A DNA stretch of 64,000 nt from a virus (IMGVR_UViG_3300036792_000096:1-64000), one strand, 5' to 3'; counted from the stretch's first letter, positions 26,006-37,713 are shown. The notes: generated by a model not told the origin, from the letters alone. Numbers and translations: made by a program.

Positions 26006-28752
26006 ATGGCAGACCAGAACACCGTAAGCGTGGGTACCGTCGTGGAACTGGCTTGGCGGGTGGGCCTCACCGCCGACATGATCATCGGCGTCGGCTCGGA
26101 CAGCATCGCCGTGCGGGTGCGGATCAACGATCTGCGGACGGTCTGGAACCGGGTGGACGCCCTCGTGGCCCCCATCGCCGGCAGTGGCACGACGTGGGTC
26201 TGCACGGACCGCCTGACCCTGATCCCGGAGGAGGTCTCGGCATGAAGCACTTCGTGGTCGTGGAGCGCACCGACAAGCACGGCAGCAGCGATGGCAAGCC
26301 GGTCCTGCAAGCCGTCACCGGCAAGGGCGCCGGGCTGGATCTGGCATGGTTCGCAGCCGACTCGCCCGGCGGGGTCCACATCTGGCGGTTCACGGACGAG
26401 GCCGCGGCGAATGCCTTCTACCGGGATCGCCTTCGGGAGAACCGGCTCGCTCGGGTCACGGGAGTGGAACAGTGAAGCTCGAGCCGGGTCAGAAGGTCAA
26501 GGTCTACACCGGCTGGCGCCGGAACCGGATTGGCTCGTGTGAGGGCACAGTCACCAAGGTCGGCCGCACGCTGGCAACGATCACGTGGGGATCGGCATGG
26601 CACGAGACGGGTCAGTTCTACATGGATGGCGGCAGCGAGAAGGGCGAGTTCAGCGACCGCTACTTCAAGACGCTGGAAGAGGCTGAGCGCGACGAGCGGC
26701 GGAGCGTAGCCGTCAATCTACTCGGAGAGCATGGCATCGACCTCACCTATCGCTTCAAGGGTTCGCTTGAGATGCTGGAAGCGCTGGCCGAAGTCGTCCG
26801 CACCGCCACCGTTGCCGAAACGGTGCAGGCATGAGCAACACCCACGACCTGCGGGGCCTCTCCATGCCCCACTCCGACGTCAAGCTTCCCGACGGTCGCT
26901 CGGTCAGGGTTGGCCGGGGGGGAGCGGAGTACCTCGGGCGCATGGCCCGGGAGCGCTGCGTTCCCCGGGGCGAGGTCACGGGTTGGGGCTATGGGGGCCA
27001 GCGGGGACGCTGCGGCATCGGCACCCAGTACGAGTACCTCAACCGCCTCGTGACGGCGGGTCTCCTGCGCTACCGGTTCGAGCTCACCCCCGCAGAGCGC
27101 CAGCGGACCTCCTCGCAGGCCATGGTGGAGATCACGCCCGAAGGTCTGTACGTAGCCCAGCAGCTCGGATTGACGGAAGGGAGTCAGTCGTGAACGCAGG
27201 CACGTACTACGAGGTAGGAGATCAGTACGACATCCCGGCAGACGACCCGGAGGACCCGACCGGGGACCCCACCGTCCACCACGGCCACCGAGTTACGGTC
27301 GTAGCAGTCGAACTCATCGCCGACTACGGGTCTGAGGGCGATGCTGTCACGGTTCAGTGCTCGTGCGGCGAGAGCTGGACCTTCGCCGAGGAGGGTTAGC
27401 GATGACGATGCGAGTTCAGAATGGGATCAGCACCCTCATCCGCCAGCAGGTCGGTCCCCACGCCCGACGCTCCGACATCGCCGCAGCCATGGCAACCGCC
27501 GGCATGGTGCGCCACGCGAGGCGGGCCGTAGACGAAGAGGAATTCGTGGATCAGGTCGCGGAGGCATGGGCAGAGCGGGTCCGAGGCGAAGGGAGCGCCG
27601 CATGAAGACTGAGAAGGAAGCAACGGAATCGAACTGGCGGAGCCCGGCAATGACGCACTGCTGGCTCTGCCACGGCTGGGGCATGGTGGACCGTCGAACG
27701 CGGGACGAGACCTCGTGGTCGTACCCCACCGGGGGGCCAAATGGTCAGCGGTTCCCGGTCTATGAACTGCACCCTGCGTTCGCCTCGTGCGTCGGCGAAC
27801 TCATTGAGTGCCCGGTTTGCAGGGGAGGCGCAACGTGAAGACCACCCGAGTGCGAGGCCATGTACTGCTTGCTGGCGGTGACGCTTGCGAGCCTCGGATA
27901 CCGCCAGTGTCCTATCGCCCAACGTGGGTGAGGTCAGAGCAGCGTATCGGCAAGGCCCTCTGCGAGTGCGGAGAGTGGAGTCCCGAACTCCCCAGCACCG
28001 CAGCCCGCCAGCGCTGGCACCGAGAGGTCCACAAGCCGGCCGTGGCTGCCTATATCAGGGACACGGCAGAGCGTACCGACGCAATTACTCTCACCGAGAG
28101 CCCCTCGCCGGTTCGGGACAGTACCGGGAAGCGATTGAGATCGCCCGGGATGGCGGCGATGAGGTGCGGGAACTCGTCATTGAGATCCCCGACAGCGCCG
28201 TGTCGAACCTGTTCAAGGTGCCCACGGTCGCTGGCAAGGCGGTGAGTGCATGAGCGGCATCAACAAGGCGAGCAGATGGATCTACCGAGCTGGCCGGTTC
28301 TCGAGGGACATCCGGGCCGTGGAGCGCAGCGTCCAGACCGGCAGCCCCAAGCCTCTGCTCAAGCGTGTCGTGCGCAAGGCTGCGGGCCGGACCTACGGGC
28401 GCCTCATGCGGAGGGTGGGGTTGTAGTGGCCGACATCACGACGACAAGGAAGCCTATGCCAGAGATCCAGCCTCCATCGGGGGAGTGGTTCATCGCGGTG
28501 AACAGCCTCTGGCGCTTGCTCCCCGAGTCTGAGCCGCATAAGTGCACCGTGCCGAGGTGGGGCCACGGGCGGTTCTCTCGGGATCCCCAGCAATGCTCGG
28601 GTCAGGCCATCGTGGGACTCGGGGGATCATTCTATTGCTCCGAGCATCTTGAGAGCACGGGTCTCTGGATTGAGGACGGCAAGGTCGTCATGTGGGACTG
28701 GCCGGGCAGCGGAACCAGATTCACGCCCCTCGCCTCGGCGAGAGATCGGTGA
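26006..28752 (+). CDS. Run of about 10 small coupled phage hypothetical genes (26006-26245, 26242-26475, 26472-26834, 26831-27193, 27190-27399, 27402-27605, 27602-27838, 27835-28245, 28250-28426, 28426-28752)
   Basis: SD sequences and ATGA/GTGA overlaps; 28250-28426 is a 58-aa basic peptide missing from the ORF track. Confidence 0.55.
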
Positions 28753-28837
28753 CCTTGCGGGCGAGCCCTGGTGGAAGACCGAGGAGACCCGAGAGAAGGT
28801 CAGGGCGCAGCTACAGCGCTGCCTTGACTGCCTGAAG

Positions 28838-29890
28838 TTAGTCCGCCGTCGGCTCCTGTGGCTTCCTGTGCAGCGCAATCATGGTCTTTACAGCCATGAC
28901 CCACATGAGCACGGCAGCCGTGCCAGTGACCTCAAGCAGGATGACCCAGAACGCCCACTGCATGCCGCTCATGGCCTCTCCTCCGTAGTCTCGTTCTGCC
29001 AATACGGCCATGCGTCTTGATCCACGGGGGCATCCGGGGCAGGCCATGCTTGGATCTGCTTACCAGTCACCTTCCACGACCACAGGCAGTCTGGACAGAT
29101 CCCTCTGTCTCCTACCTGCGCTAAGGGTTGAGAGCAGTCTGGACAGGCACCTTCGGAGACGTGACCGAGCATCGCGCTGAAACTCTGGCTCGGCCCCAGC
29201 AGGGACCACAACACGACTGACTCCAGGTCGGTGATGACGAAGAGACGATCTCCCGAGCATCCGTGCACTAGGACGCTCTCTGGTGGTGCTCCGCTCATGA
29301 CCCCTCCTCAGTGTGTTCGGCGTCTATTCGTCGCCAGCGGGTCGGTGTATCCCACCACGTCTCCTCCCACGTCTCGAGGTGGCAGGTGTTCCCGAGGTCT
29401 CGCCAGTGCTCTAGCCAGTGCTGCGCATCCGTGATACCCCAGCGTCCCTCACGTCGGCTGTCGGCACTGTAGACGATGCCGGCGTTCGCATCGCTGACAA
29501 CCCGCCAGTGCGTGACCTTCCGAGGCTCCAACTGCACCCACTTGCCGCCTACCTTCGCCCACCCGTCGGGGACGGCGTCGAGCGGGAGCCGAAACACGGC
29601 GGGGTACTGCTTGGCGTAGTCGAAGGCGGTCTCGCCCTGTGTCTCATCCGCTGCTGCCTTCGCTGACTCGCTCATGGGGCCACGTCCAATCCCAGCAAGC
29701 ACCCGTAATCGTGCTGAAGGTGGGGAACGCCGGCCACCACCATGCAGCCGCACTCTGGACAGTGATACTGGCCGAGTGGGGCACCCGACAGGCGAACTGG
29801 ATCCTCAGGACACGGCTGAAGTCCGTTGTGGTCCAGATGGGAACACACAGAGGCTTCGGCGCAGTGAATCGAGCACTGGGGTTCGCTCAT
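28838..29890 (-). CDS. Leftward small hypothetical genes (28838-~28972, 28969-29298, 29295-29675, 29672-29890)
   Basis: ATGA overlaps on the minus strand. Confidence 0.55.
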
Positions 29891-30687
29891 GCTGCCACCG
29901 GGCCGTGAGCAAGGATCTGGTGCAACTCCTCAGCGGTGAGCAACTCCAAGTCGTTCGAGGACAGTGACCGCTTGAGGACCACGGACGCGGCCTTGACGAC
30001 CTTGAACCGACCTCCGAAGTTTTTGATGGCATCGGCAAGGAGTTCTGCGGCTTCGCCTGCCGTGGGAGCCGTAGGAGCAGCGCTCGCAGGCGTCTCCTCG
30101 GGCCAGCCGTTGGCGTAGGGGTCGGGCGGAGCGGTGGCCGCGGGCGCTGGGGTCGGAGCCGGTGGCTTGGCGGCAACGGGCGCCGGAGTGGCCGGGCGCT
30201 GTGCTGGAGCCGCCGCCTGTGGGGCTGCGCTTGCGGGTGCGGCGCTGTTCTTCCGCAGCCAAGCGAGGCACCGGGAGGCTTCCCGCTCCATGTCGCTGAG
30301 ATCCACCTTGCCGGCGACCACGAGGTCTTTCACGTACGCCCAGGCGAACGAGGGATGCTTGGCGGCTTCCTGAGCGTTGTAGTCCGGGGGTGTCCACGGA
30401 CGACCGCCCCCACGGTTCCCGCCCCGCTGCTCGGCCTCCACGACGCCGGGAAGCCCGCTGATGGTGCGGCTGGTAACCTTCCCCTCGCCGTCCTTCTTCT
30501 CGTAGACCTCGTACTCAAGCACCTCGCCCTTGCGCTCCCGGATGGCGTCGGCCAGTGCCTTGCTCCACACGAGCCAGCGCTGATCGTCACCGTCCGCTGC
30601 GGTCCAGTAGACCTTGCTGGCGTCGGCCCGCGTCGGCGTCGGCTCGGCGGTGATGGTGACGAGTGCGAAGGTCTTGCGTTCCCCCAT
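29887..30687 (-). CDS. Hypothetical protein with Pro/Ala linker, possibly ssDNA-binding or recombination related
   Basis: SD GAGGAGG; beta-rich N-terminus; near ssb. Confidence 0.6.
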   Translation of the reverse strand: MGERKTFALVTITAEPTPTRADASKVYWTAADGDDQRWLVWSKALADAIRERKGEVLEYEVYEKKDGEGKVTSRTISGLPGVVEAEQRGGNRGGGRPWTPPDYNAQEAAKHPSFAWAYVKDLVVAGKVDLSDMEREASRCLAWLRKNSAAPASAAPQAAAPAQRPATPAPVAAKPPAPTPAPAATAPPDPYANGWPEETPASAAPTAPTAGEAAELLADAIKNFGGRFKVVKAASVVLKRSLSSNDLELLTAEELHQILAHGPVAA

Positions 30688-30729
30688 TTGCTGCCTCCTC
30701 TTCTGTGGCGCTCCGGGTTCTTCCGGGCG

Positions 30730-31068
30730 CTATCCCTGTGGTGCTTCGGCTGGTGCTGTGGTCTCGGTGATGCTGACTGCGATATCGCTGATCCATGTGA
30801 CTGGTAGGGACCGCTCAATGGTGACCTTGGCGCCGTACTCCTCCAACAGTTTCGCTCGCTCCTCGGCGGACTTGCGGGAGAGGTACGTCTTCACCCGCGG
30901 CCATGAGAAGCTGAAATCGGTATCAGGATCGCCGTTCCAGTTCTTAGCGCCCGGGTGCTCCCATCCCTCTGGCTGCCAGTCCCAATTCCATTCGCCCTCA
31001 GCCGTGTGGTGACTGGTCGGATGGTAGGTGACGTGGAGCCGGTAGGCGTACAGTCTGCGCTTGCTCAT
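30730..31068 (-). CDS. Hypothetical protein
   Basis: ATGA overlap with the ssb stop. Confidence 0.6.
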   Translation of the reverse strand: MSKRRLYAYRLHVTYHPTSHHTAEGEWNWDWQPEGWEHPGAKNWNGDPDTDFSFSWPRVKTYLSRKSAEERAKLLEEYGAKVTIERSLPVTWISDIAVSITETTAPAEAPQG

Positions 31069-31469
31069 GAGGCAACCTCCGCGGTGGTCTCCCCAGCGTC
31101 CCACGACCCGGGCCCTGACCGTCCAAGCTTCGTGACTGCGGCTGTGGCGTACGAGAGGTCCGGACCGATGGCGAAGGCGTTGATCTCCACCTTGGAGCGC
31201 TTGTCGCCCTCGGCGGTCTCCCACGAGCGGGATTCCAGCCGGCCGTTCACGATGATCCGGTGGCCTTTGTCCAGCGACTCTGCAACGTTTTCGGCGAGCT
31301 GCCGCCAGCACACCACATCAAGGAAATCCGTTGCTTCCACCTTCTCGCCGGCAGCGTTCGTCCACGAGCGGTTGACCGCTATCCCCAGCTTGGCGACTGC
31401 GACCCCGCCCGGGGTATAGCGAAGCTCCACGGAGCGGACGAGATTGCCCACGATTGTGATGTCGTTCAT
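31065..31469 (-). CDS. ssb: Single-stranded DNA-binding protein
   Basis: ITIVGNLVRSVELRYTPGGVAVA...WRQLAENVAESLDKG...GRLESRSWE...IGPDL. Confidence 0.95.
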   Translation of the reverse strand: MNDITIVGNLVRSVELRYTPGGVAVAKLGIAVNRSWTNAAGEKVEATDFLDVVCWRQLAENVAESLDKGHRIIVNGRLESRSWETAEGDKRSKVEINAFAIGPDLSYATAAVTKLGRSGPGSWDAGETTAEVAS

Positions 31470-33551
31470 GCTGTCACCTTCCTCCCTGCGAGGGGAGCGG
31501 CGATGGTGGCTACTTCGCCCGCTGCGCAGAACAGCGACGGTGCCATGGGGGATTCCCCCAGCACCCACTTCAGGGCGATCTTGGTGGCGAGCAGGCCCTC
31601 AAGCTGCTCAGAGGGGACGGTAGCCCGCCAGAGAGCGGACTCGACCCGTCTGAGCTCGTCTTGGATCTCAGCTTTCGTCTGGGGACTCATGCTGCACCGC
31701 CCACAACCCGGGCCACCGCGGCGAGAGCGTTAGCGCCGTCCTCGGCCTCCACGAGAGCCACCCTGTCAGCCGACATGGGAGGCACCTTGCGGAGCAACTT
31801 GCTCGGGCTCGCGAGCTGAGCGATGAAGTGGTCGGCCATGCTCACCAGCATGTTCAGGCCCCCGCCCCACGGGATCCATCCCTGACCGTCCATCCTGTTC
31901 ACTTGCAGCCTGCACATCTCTTCCATCCTGACCACCTTTCCCCTTTCTCGGTGTGGCCGGTGCTTGGGTTCAGACCTCTGCTTGGGCGCTCTCGGCTGCG
32001 TCGGCCAAGTCCAGGTAGTCCCGGATCTCCTTGCGGAGTCGGGCGTCCAGCATCCGACGGAAGATCAGGGTGGACCGACCGATGAACGACGGGCCGTAGA
32101 GGCGGTGCCCGTGCCCGTTACCCTTCGCGTCTGCCACGCCGATGCTCATCTGCCAGCAGCCCTGGTAGTCCTTGAAGACCTCGAGCGCCACTGTCGTCCC
32201 TGTGGTCGTGGTCTCTTCGGGGGTCTCGGTCTCCCCCTCTTCCAACCACGCCTGGAACTCCTCTTCGATGGCGATGGCACGGGCACCGTGGCGGGTGACC
32301 TCGGCCAGCGTGCCGTTCGCTGCTGCGGACTCCCCCTCCTCAAAGCCCGCCTTGAAGGCTCTGCGGAGATGGGTAAAGGCTTCATGCCCGGTCTCGGGTG
32401 CCTCGTAGGGGTTCGGCATGGCACTGTCGGCGCCGTGCTCGAAGCCTGCGACGAACGCTGCCCGTAAGGACTCCTCTGTGACCTCTGCTGCTTCTGTCAT
32501 CGCTCTCCCTTTCTCGGCTTGCTGTCCACGAATGGAATCCCGGCCTCCGCTGCCTTTCTGAGCGCCATCTGGAGGAAGTCACTCTCGGACTGGTGGGCTG
32601 GGAACAGCGCCCGCACTGCGTCGGATCGTTCCTGCCGGCGCACCTTCTCCGACCACTCCTCCATCTCAGGCGTCCACATGCGGTGCATGTCCAAGCACGC
32701 TGCTTCCCACTCCCGTAGTGCATCGGCGATGGGCCGGATGTCGGTCACGAGGACGCTTCCTTGGCCTGCTTGAGCAGTGCCAGCACCTGATCCATCGTCT
32801 CATCGGGGTAATCGCTCCAGCGGGTATCGCATAGTTCGTTGATACGGTTCCGTCGCTCTCGGTCTGTCTGAGCAGCGGCGAGCCGTTCCCGGGCATCGGC
32901 TGGCGTGATGAGGTAGCGGCGGTGGTAGGTGCGACCTCCGATCTCGTGTCCGTGCGTGTTCCAGCGGGAGTCGTCGCTGAGGACAACTTGGGTGGCCGTG
33001 CGCTTGGAGACCGTAAGAACTGAACCGGAAGAGGGACCCCAATTCTGCGGCTCGATCACTCCGACCTCGTCGCCGACGGTCAGGGTCTCAACGTTTAGGT
33101 ACTCCACCTCACACCACCTTTCCGGTTTGGCCTACGGGCTCCCCAACGGGCCGTACGAGCCACGAGTAGTCGGTCTCACTGTCGGGGAACCGTCCCCAGA
33201 TCGTCAGCTGGTCCGAGCTCAGCCGCAGGCTGGCTGCGGAGTACCGGGGGCACTGGTGGAGGGTCTCAAGGGCTTGCAGCGCACCCAGCGGGCAGGTACG
33301 GAGGTGGTTGCCGTCAGCGTCGTAGAGGTTGACGCTCTGGGCTGCGGTCATCGCTAGTAGGCGATCTTCTCAAGCCAGAGGATGACCGCCCTAGCCTCCA
33401 TGGGTGTGATCTCGTGACGATGGGAAACCGTGGCTCCCATGATGTCGCCCTCGTGGAAGATCACGTACCCCGTGCCTCCGCCGGAACCGTTGGGCTGGAA
33501 CACGGTCAACTGCATGCCGTTGGGACCTTCCCAAATCTGGAACTCAAGCAC
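31466..33551 (-). CDS. Leftward early operon of hypothetical genes (31466-31690, 31687-31935, 31970-32500, 32497-32748, 32745-33107, 33109-33351, 33354-33551)
   Basis: Coupled ORFs downstream of a leftward consensus promoter; SD GGGAGGT before GTG 33551. Confidence 0.6.
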
Positions 33552-33581
33552 TCCGAACCTCCCTCGTGTAGGTGTAGTGCC

Positions 33582-33666
33582 ATTGTACGGGTCTACCGTT
33601 ACACGAGTCAATAGGCTTGACCCATGTTTCCCCGTGGTTGACCCTAGCTACGTCGCGGCGTAGACT
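33582..33666. promoter_or_regulatory. Divergent promoter pair
   Basis: Left: TTGACT(33611-33606)-18-TACAAT(33587-33582). Right: TTGACC(33638-33643)-17-TAGACT(33661-33666), 6 nt before ATG 33673 (leaderless). Palindrome CTACG-N6-CGTAG in the right spacer. Confidence 0.75.
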
Positions 33667-33672
33667 CCTGCC

Positions 33673-33894
33673 ATGGTCGTGCAAGCGGAGACCCTAGGTC
33701 AGCGCATCCGGCGTCTGCGTGGCGAGACCGGCATGACGCTCCGGGCCATGGCTGAGAAGGTGGACAAGCAGCCATCGACGCTTTTGGAGATTGAGAAGGA
33801 CCGCTCGGACCCGAAACTCTCGACGCTTCGGGCCATCGCTGGCAAGCTCGGGCAGACTCCGGCTGAGTTGCTTGAGGGAGTGAGGGAGCCGTGA
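33673..33894 (+). CDS. XRE/Cro-like HTH regulator
   Basis: LGQRIRRLRGETGMTLRAMAEKV...IEKDRSDPKLSTLRAIA. Confidence 0.92.
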   Translation: MVVQAETLGQRIRRLRGETGMTLRAMAEKVDKQPSTLLEIEKDRSDPKLSTLRAIAGKLGQTPAELLEGVREP

Positions 33895-34668
33895 CGGCTT
33901 CTGCCCGGCAGTGGGAAGTCTTCAAGGGCAAGTACAGCCGCTTGAGGGAACCCGCCATAAGCGTTCACCCGAACGGCACATTGGTTCTCAACCGCTCGGC
34001 CGCGGAAGCTTTGGGCCATCCTGCTCGGGTATCCCTTGTTTTTGACGCCGAGGAAGGGCTGATAGGGGTCACGATTCTGCGAGGGGATGACCCCGGTTAC
34101 GCGCTCCGCGCCAACGGTCAGATCGCAGCCAGAGCCCTGCTCCGACGGATGGCGTGGGAGCCAACAGAGGTACGGCGCTATGAAGCCCGCTGGTATGACG
34201 ACGTGCTCGCGATCTCTCTGCAAGAGCCTGGAACGGTTGTCACCAGAATGCCAAAATCGGAGTCAGCGTGAGCGATCCCCGCTGGCGCTCCCGCCCCTTC
34301 GGTGCCGACACCTCCGCTCGTGGAGTGATAGCGGAGTGCCTGACGCTTCGCGACAGCTACTTCGAGCAGACGGACCCGCCACAGATTCCGCCGGGGATCT
34401 GGTCTGAGGCGGGAGCCATCGTCAACGCTCTGCGGGCTGCGGGGTTCGTGCTGCGCAGGACTAAGGAAGCGAGGCAACCGTGACTAGACGCCCATGGGAG
34501 ATTTGGTACGGGCCGGCCGCGGATGGGACTCGGATACGACGGACGAAGTTCTACGAGATTGACTGCGAGACCGGCGGGTGCGTGATCGACTCCACACCTA
34601 ATGTCCGAGAGGCCGACAGGATTGCTCGGGTTCACCTAAAGACTCACCAGTCCAAGAGCACAGCGTGA
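33891..34668 (+). CDS. Three coupled hypothetical genes (33891-34271, 34268-34483, 34480-34668)
   Basis: GTGA overlaps. Confidence 0.6.
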
Positions 34669-35114
34669 AGCGGACCCAGATCCAGCGCCACACTCCCATG
34701 CCCCGCGGAGGCCCCCTGCGCCGCATCGTCGGCCTGACTTCCACCACGCCCCTCAAGCGCTACACGCCGGTCAACCCCGTCTCCCAGACCCGCAGGGACG
34801 AACGCCCGCAGCGTGACGCCTGCCGAGCCGTCGTGCTGGCCCGGGACCCGATCTGCACCTTCCCCGGCTGCCGACGGTCGTCCACCGAGGTCCACGAGCT
34901 TCACCGAGGCGCAGGCCGGCACGCAGATTACTTGGACCCTGAGATGTGTCGGGGCGTCTGCGGGCTCCGTGTCGGTGGCCCGCACCATTCGTGGCTGACT
35001 TTGAACCCTGAGAAGGCGTACCGGCTCGGGATGGCGCTACGGACCGGCGAGACGCTGGCGGATCTGGCCGTGGGCACCGCGGCTCTGGCCCGGGAGTTGG
35101 GAGCTCCGGAGTGA
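34665..35114 (+). CDS. HNH-like nuclease-fold protein
   Basis: RDPICTFPGC...EVHE...CRGVC...HH. Confidence 0.65.
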   Translation: MKRTQIQRHTPMPRGGPLRRIVGLTSTTPLKRYTPVNPVSQTRRDERPQRDACRAVVLARDPICTFPGCRRSSTEVHELHRGAGRHADYLDPEMCRGVCGLRVGGPHHSWLTLNPEKAYRLGMALRTGETLADLAVGTAALARELGAPE

Positions 35115-35570
35115 GGATCTACTTCGATCCTCGAGACTGGTGGATCGGCTATTACCGTGGCCCGCATCATCACTACGTCTGCCCGCTGCCGACTCTGGTG
35201 ATCCGTTGGAGACGGCCCGTTCGGCTGGATGCGGACGGATTCTGTAGACATGGGCTAGCAGCGGGAGTCGGTTGCCATGTGTGCGATGCCTGACCGAACT
35301 CCCATGATCTTCGTTGAGCTCCAACTCCGCCCCTCGCCCCCAGAGGGCGCTGTCCCCTACTTCTGGGGGGTCTCCACGCTTACCTTCTACACCTCCTATG
35401 GCGGAGAGAAGATCTGGGAGGCTGACCTCTCGCCTCTCCCGTATCCCAAACACGTGGAGAAGCGAGACGGCTTCGGCTGGGTGCTCGTTCTCGAGTACAC
35501 CCACGAGGATGCCAAGCGGGTGCTGGCCGGGATGGGGCTGCCGGAGTGCGTGGTGGGGGAGACGGCGTGA
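35111..35570 (+). CDS. Two hypothetical genes (35111-35293, 35286-35570)
   Basis: Coupled ORFs. Confidence 0.55.
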
Positions 35571-36313
35571 TCCAGCCCTACTACGAGGATGACTTCACCA
35601 GCGTCTATCATGCCGACGCCAGAGAGATCCTCGCTGTCCTCCGGGAGGCGATGCCGTGGGAGGTTGCGATTGTGGATCCTCCCTACGGTGAGACCTCGCT
35701 CGAGTGGGACCGCTGGATAGACGGATGGCCCGCTCTCATGCCCGGGAACTCCATGTGGTGCTTCGGGTCCATGCGGATGTTCCTCGAGCACGCCTCAGAG
35801 TTTGCCTCATGGCGCTTCGCTCAGGACATGGTGTGGGAGAAGGGCAACGGGAGTGGGTTCGACACAGATCGCTTCAAGCGAGTCCACGAGGTTATCACGC
35901 ATTGGTACCGAGGTCCGTGGGATGAGGTTCGCCATGTTACGCCCCGAGTCCAGGGCGAAGTGGATGCTGGTGAGGCGGTGCGGCGACGAACGCCTACGAG
36001 CGCTCCGCATCGGAGCCAGATTGGCACGAAGCGAGCTTGGGCTGAGGACGGTACGCGGCTCATGCGGTCGGTCGTCAAGGTTTCCTCATGCCGTGGCTAT
36101 GCTCAGCACCCGACACAGAAGCCTGAGGGCATCCTTGCTCCCCTGATCGAGTACAGCGCCACTCCGGGCCCCCTCGTGTGCGACCCCTTCATGGGTTCGG
36201 GCTCAACCCTGGTCACCGCCAAGCGCCTCGGCCGGCGTGCGGTCGGTATTGAGATTGACGAGAAGTTCTGTGAGATCGCGGCGGGTCGACTGAGCCAAGA
36301 CGTGCTCGTGTGA
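35567..36313 (+). CDS. DNA N6-adenine/N4-cytosine methyltransferase (beta class)
   Basis: VDPPY, VWEK, HPTQKP, DPFMGSGST, GIEIDE. Confidence 0.93.
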   Translation: MIQPYYEDDFTSVYHADAREILAVLREAMPWEVAIVDPPYGETSLEWDRWIDGWPALMPGNSMWCFGSMRMFLEHASEFASWRFAQDMVWEKGNGSGFDTDRFKRVHEVITHWYRGPWDEVRHVTPRVQGEVDAGEAVRRRTPTSAPHRSQIGTKRAWAEDGTRLMRSVVKVSSCRGYAQHPTQKPEGILAPLIEYSATPGPLVCDPFMGSGSTLVTAKRLGRRAVGIEIDEKFCEIAAGRLSQDVLV

Positions 36314-36558
36314 TCGTTGACCCCAAGCAGCTCGAGGGGTGCCGCTGCGTAGCGGAGGGCAAGTGGGGCGACGCCTTCACGGGTGAGTTCCGGCTGGACC
36401 CCGCTTTGGGTGGCTACCGGGTCTGGAAACCGAAATGTCCGGATGGCTCCCGATGCGAGTCTGTGTTGTTGCGGGGCGATGACGTGCGAATCATGTTCGG
36501 GCCACCGCCGAAGGCGACTCAGCGGACTTGGGGCGAGGCTCAGGGGTCGCTGCTCTAG
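36310..36558 (+). CDS. Hypothetical protein
   Basis: GTGA overlap. Confidence 0.5.
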   Translation: MIVDPKQLEGCRCVAEGKWGDAFTGEFRLDPALGGYRVWKPKCPDGSRCESVLLRGDDVRIMFGPPPKATQRTWGEAQGSLL

Positions 36559-37058
36559 CCCACCTGAATCTGCACAACCTGCTTGCCGTACTGCCTCGCC
36601 TCCCAGCACGAGGCCATCCACACGTCAAGGTCAGTCCCCCACCCGATGCGGTCCAGCACCGTCGCCACGTAGCCGGCAAGGGGACCGGTGAGGATCCGGA
36701 TGTGGGAACCGAGCGGCAGCATGTTCATCGCCACGACGCCAATAGCGACAGGTTCCCCAGAGGCCGTGATCCATCCCCCGCCGCAATTGACAGAGTAGGC
36801 CGTCGAGAGGACGGTGAGATGCCCCGAGCCAGCGCCCTCCGTTGTAGTGGGCGTGGGTACCGACCTTATATGCACGGCCGCTCCGTTTTCCCGCGCTGGC
36901 GGGGCAGGAATCTTGGGCGCCTGAGGCGGTGCAGGGGATGCCGTGACTTTGGGCAGTGTGGGGACTTCGGACCCGGCCTTCGCGGTCACCGAAAAGACCT
37001 GACGACTGCGCACCGTCGCCGAGCCTGAGCCAAGTAGGGGGCTCGCCAGCACCACCAT
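36555..37058 (-). CDS. Secreted 3D-domain (MltA/Sps-like) peptidoglycan-lytic protein
   Basis: STAYS...TASG...VVA...PLGS...DRIG...LDVWM...ARQYG; Pro-rich linker; hydrophobic N-terminus. Confidence 0.8.
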   Translation of the reverse strand: MVVLASPLLGSGSATVRSRQVFSVTAKAGSEVPTLPKVTASPAPPQAPKIPAPPARENGAAVHIRSVPTPTTTEGAGSGHLTVLSTAYSVNCGGGWITASGEPVAIGVVAMNMLPLGSHIRILTGPLAGYVATVLDRIGWGTDLDVWMASCWEARQYGKQVVQIQVG

Positions 37059-37227
37059 GACTACCGCAGCGAGCCCCGCTAGGGGGGTTCGGGCCGAGAT
37101 TCGGCAGAGTCTAGCGGACTATCGGGCGCAGTGGTGGATTTCGAGAGTCAGCGCCGCACTAGCCAGCGACTGACGAAGAACGCTAGGAGGCCGATCACCG
37201 CTAGCCCGCCAATCGTCAGAGGCCAGT

Positions 37228-37713
37228 TCACGGCACTAGGCCCTTGGCGACCTTCACTGCCTCGGACACGGCACCAAACACACGTGCGACTTCCTGCTTG
37301 GGGTCGGGAGGCTCCCAGTGGTTCAGTGGGACCACGGAGTGATCCTCTAGGCATTCCCCGACCGCTCTGATCCCGTCCCCGCCCAAGCCGTTGGCGAAGG
37401 GCTTCACCGTGACCGTGATCCGCACCCGGTGCCCACCCTCAAAGGTTCGTGCGATGGGGCCAGCGCAGCACTCCTCAAGGCCCTTCGGGAGACTGGTCAT
37501 GCGGATTGCGCGGATATGCCCGTGGACTTGGGGAAGGTCCGTGAGGTAGAGGTGGAAGCTCGGCTGGTAGAAGGCTGGGTGCGCAGCCTCGTCCAGCATG
37601 GCGTTGAGCAGGCCCCGACGTCGGCTGCGCTTGCGGATCCGCAGGACTCCGAGCTCACCCTCGTACGTGTGGCGCCCAGTCGGTAGCGGCTCGGCGAGAA
37701 GTGGCACGATCAT
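37228..37713 (-). CDS. Hypothetical protein
   Basis: ATGA overlap. Confidence 0.5.
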   Translation of the reverse strand: MIVPLLAEPLPTGRHTYEGELGVLRIRKRSRRRGLLNAMLDEAAHPAFYQPSFHLYLTDLPQVHGHIRAIRMTSLPKGLEECCAGPIARTFEGGHRVRITVTVKPFANGLGGDGIRAVGECLEDHSVVPLNHWEPPDPKQEVARVFGAVSEAVKVAKGLVP

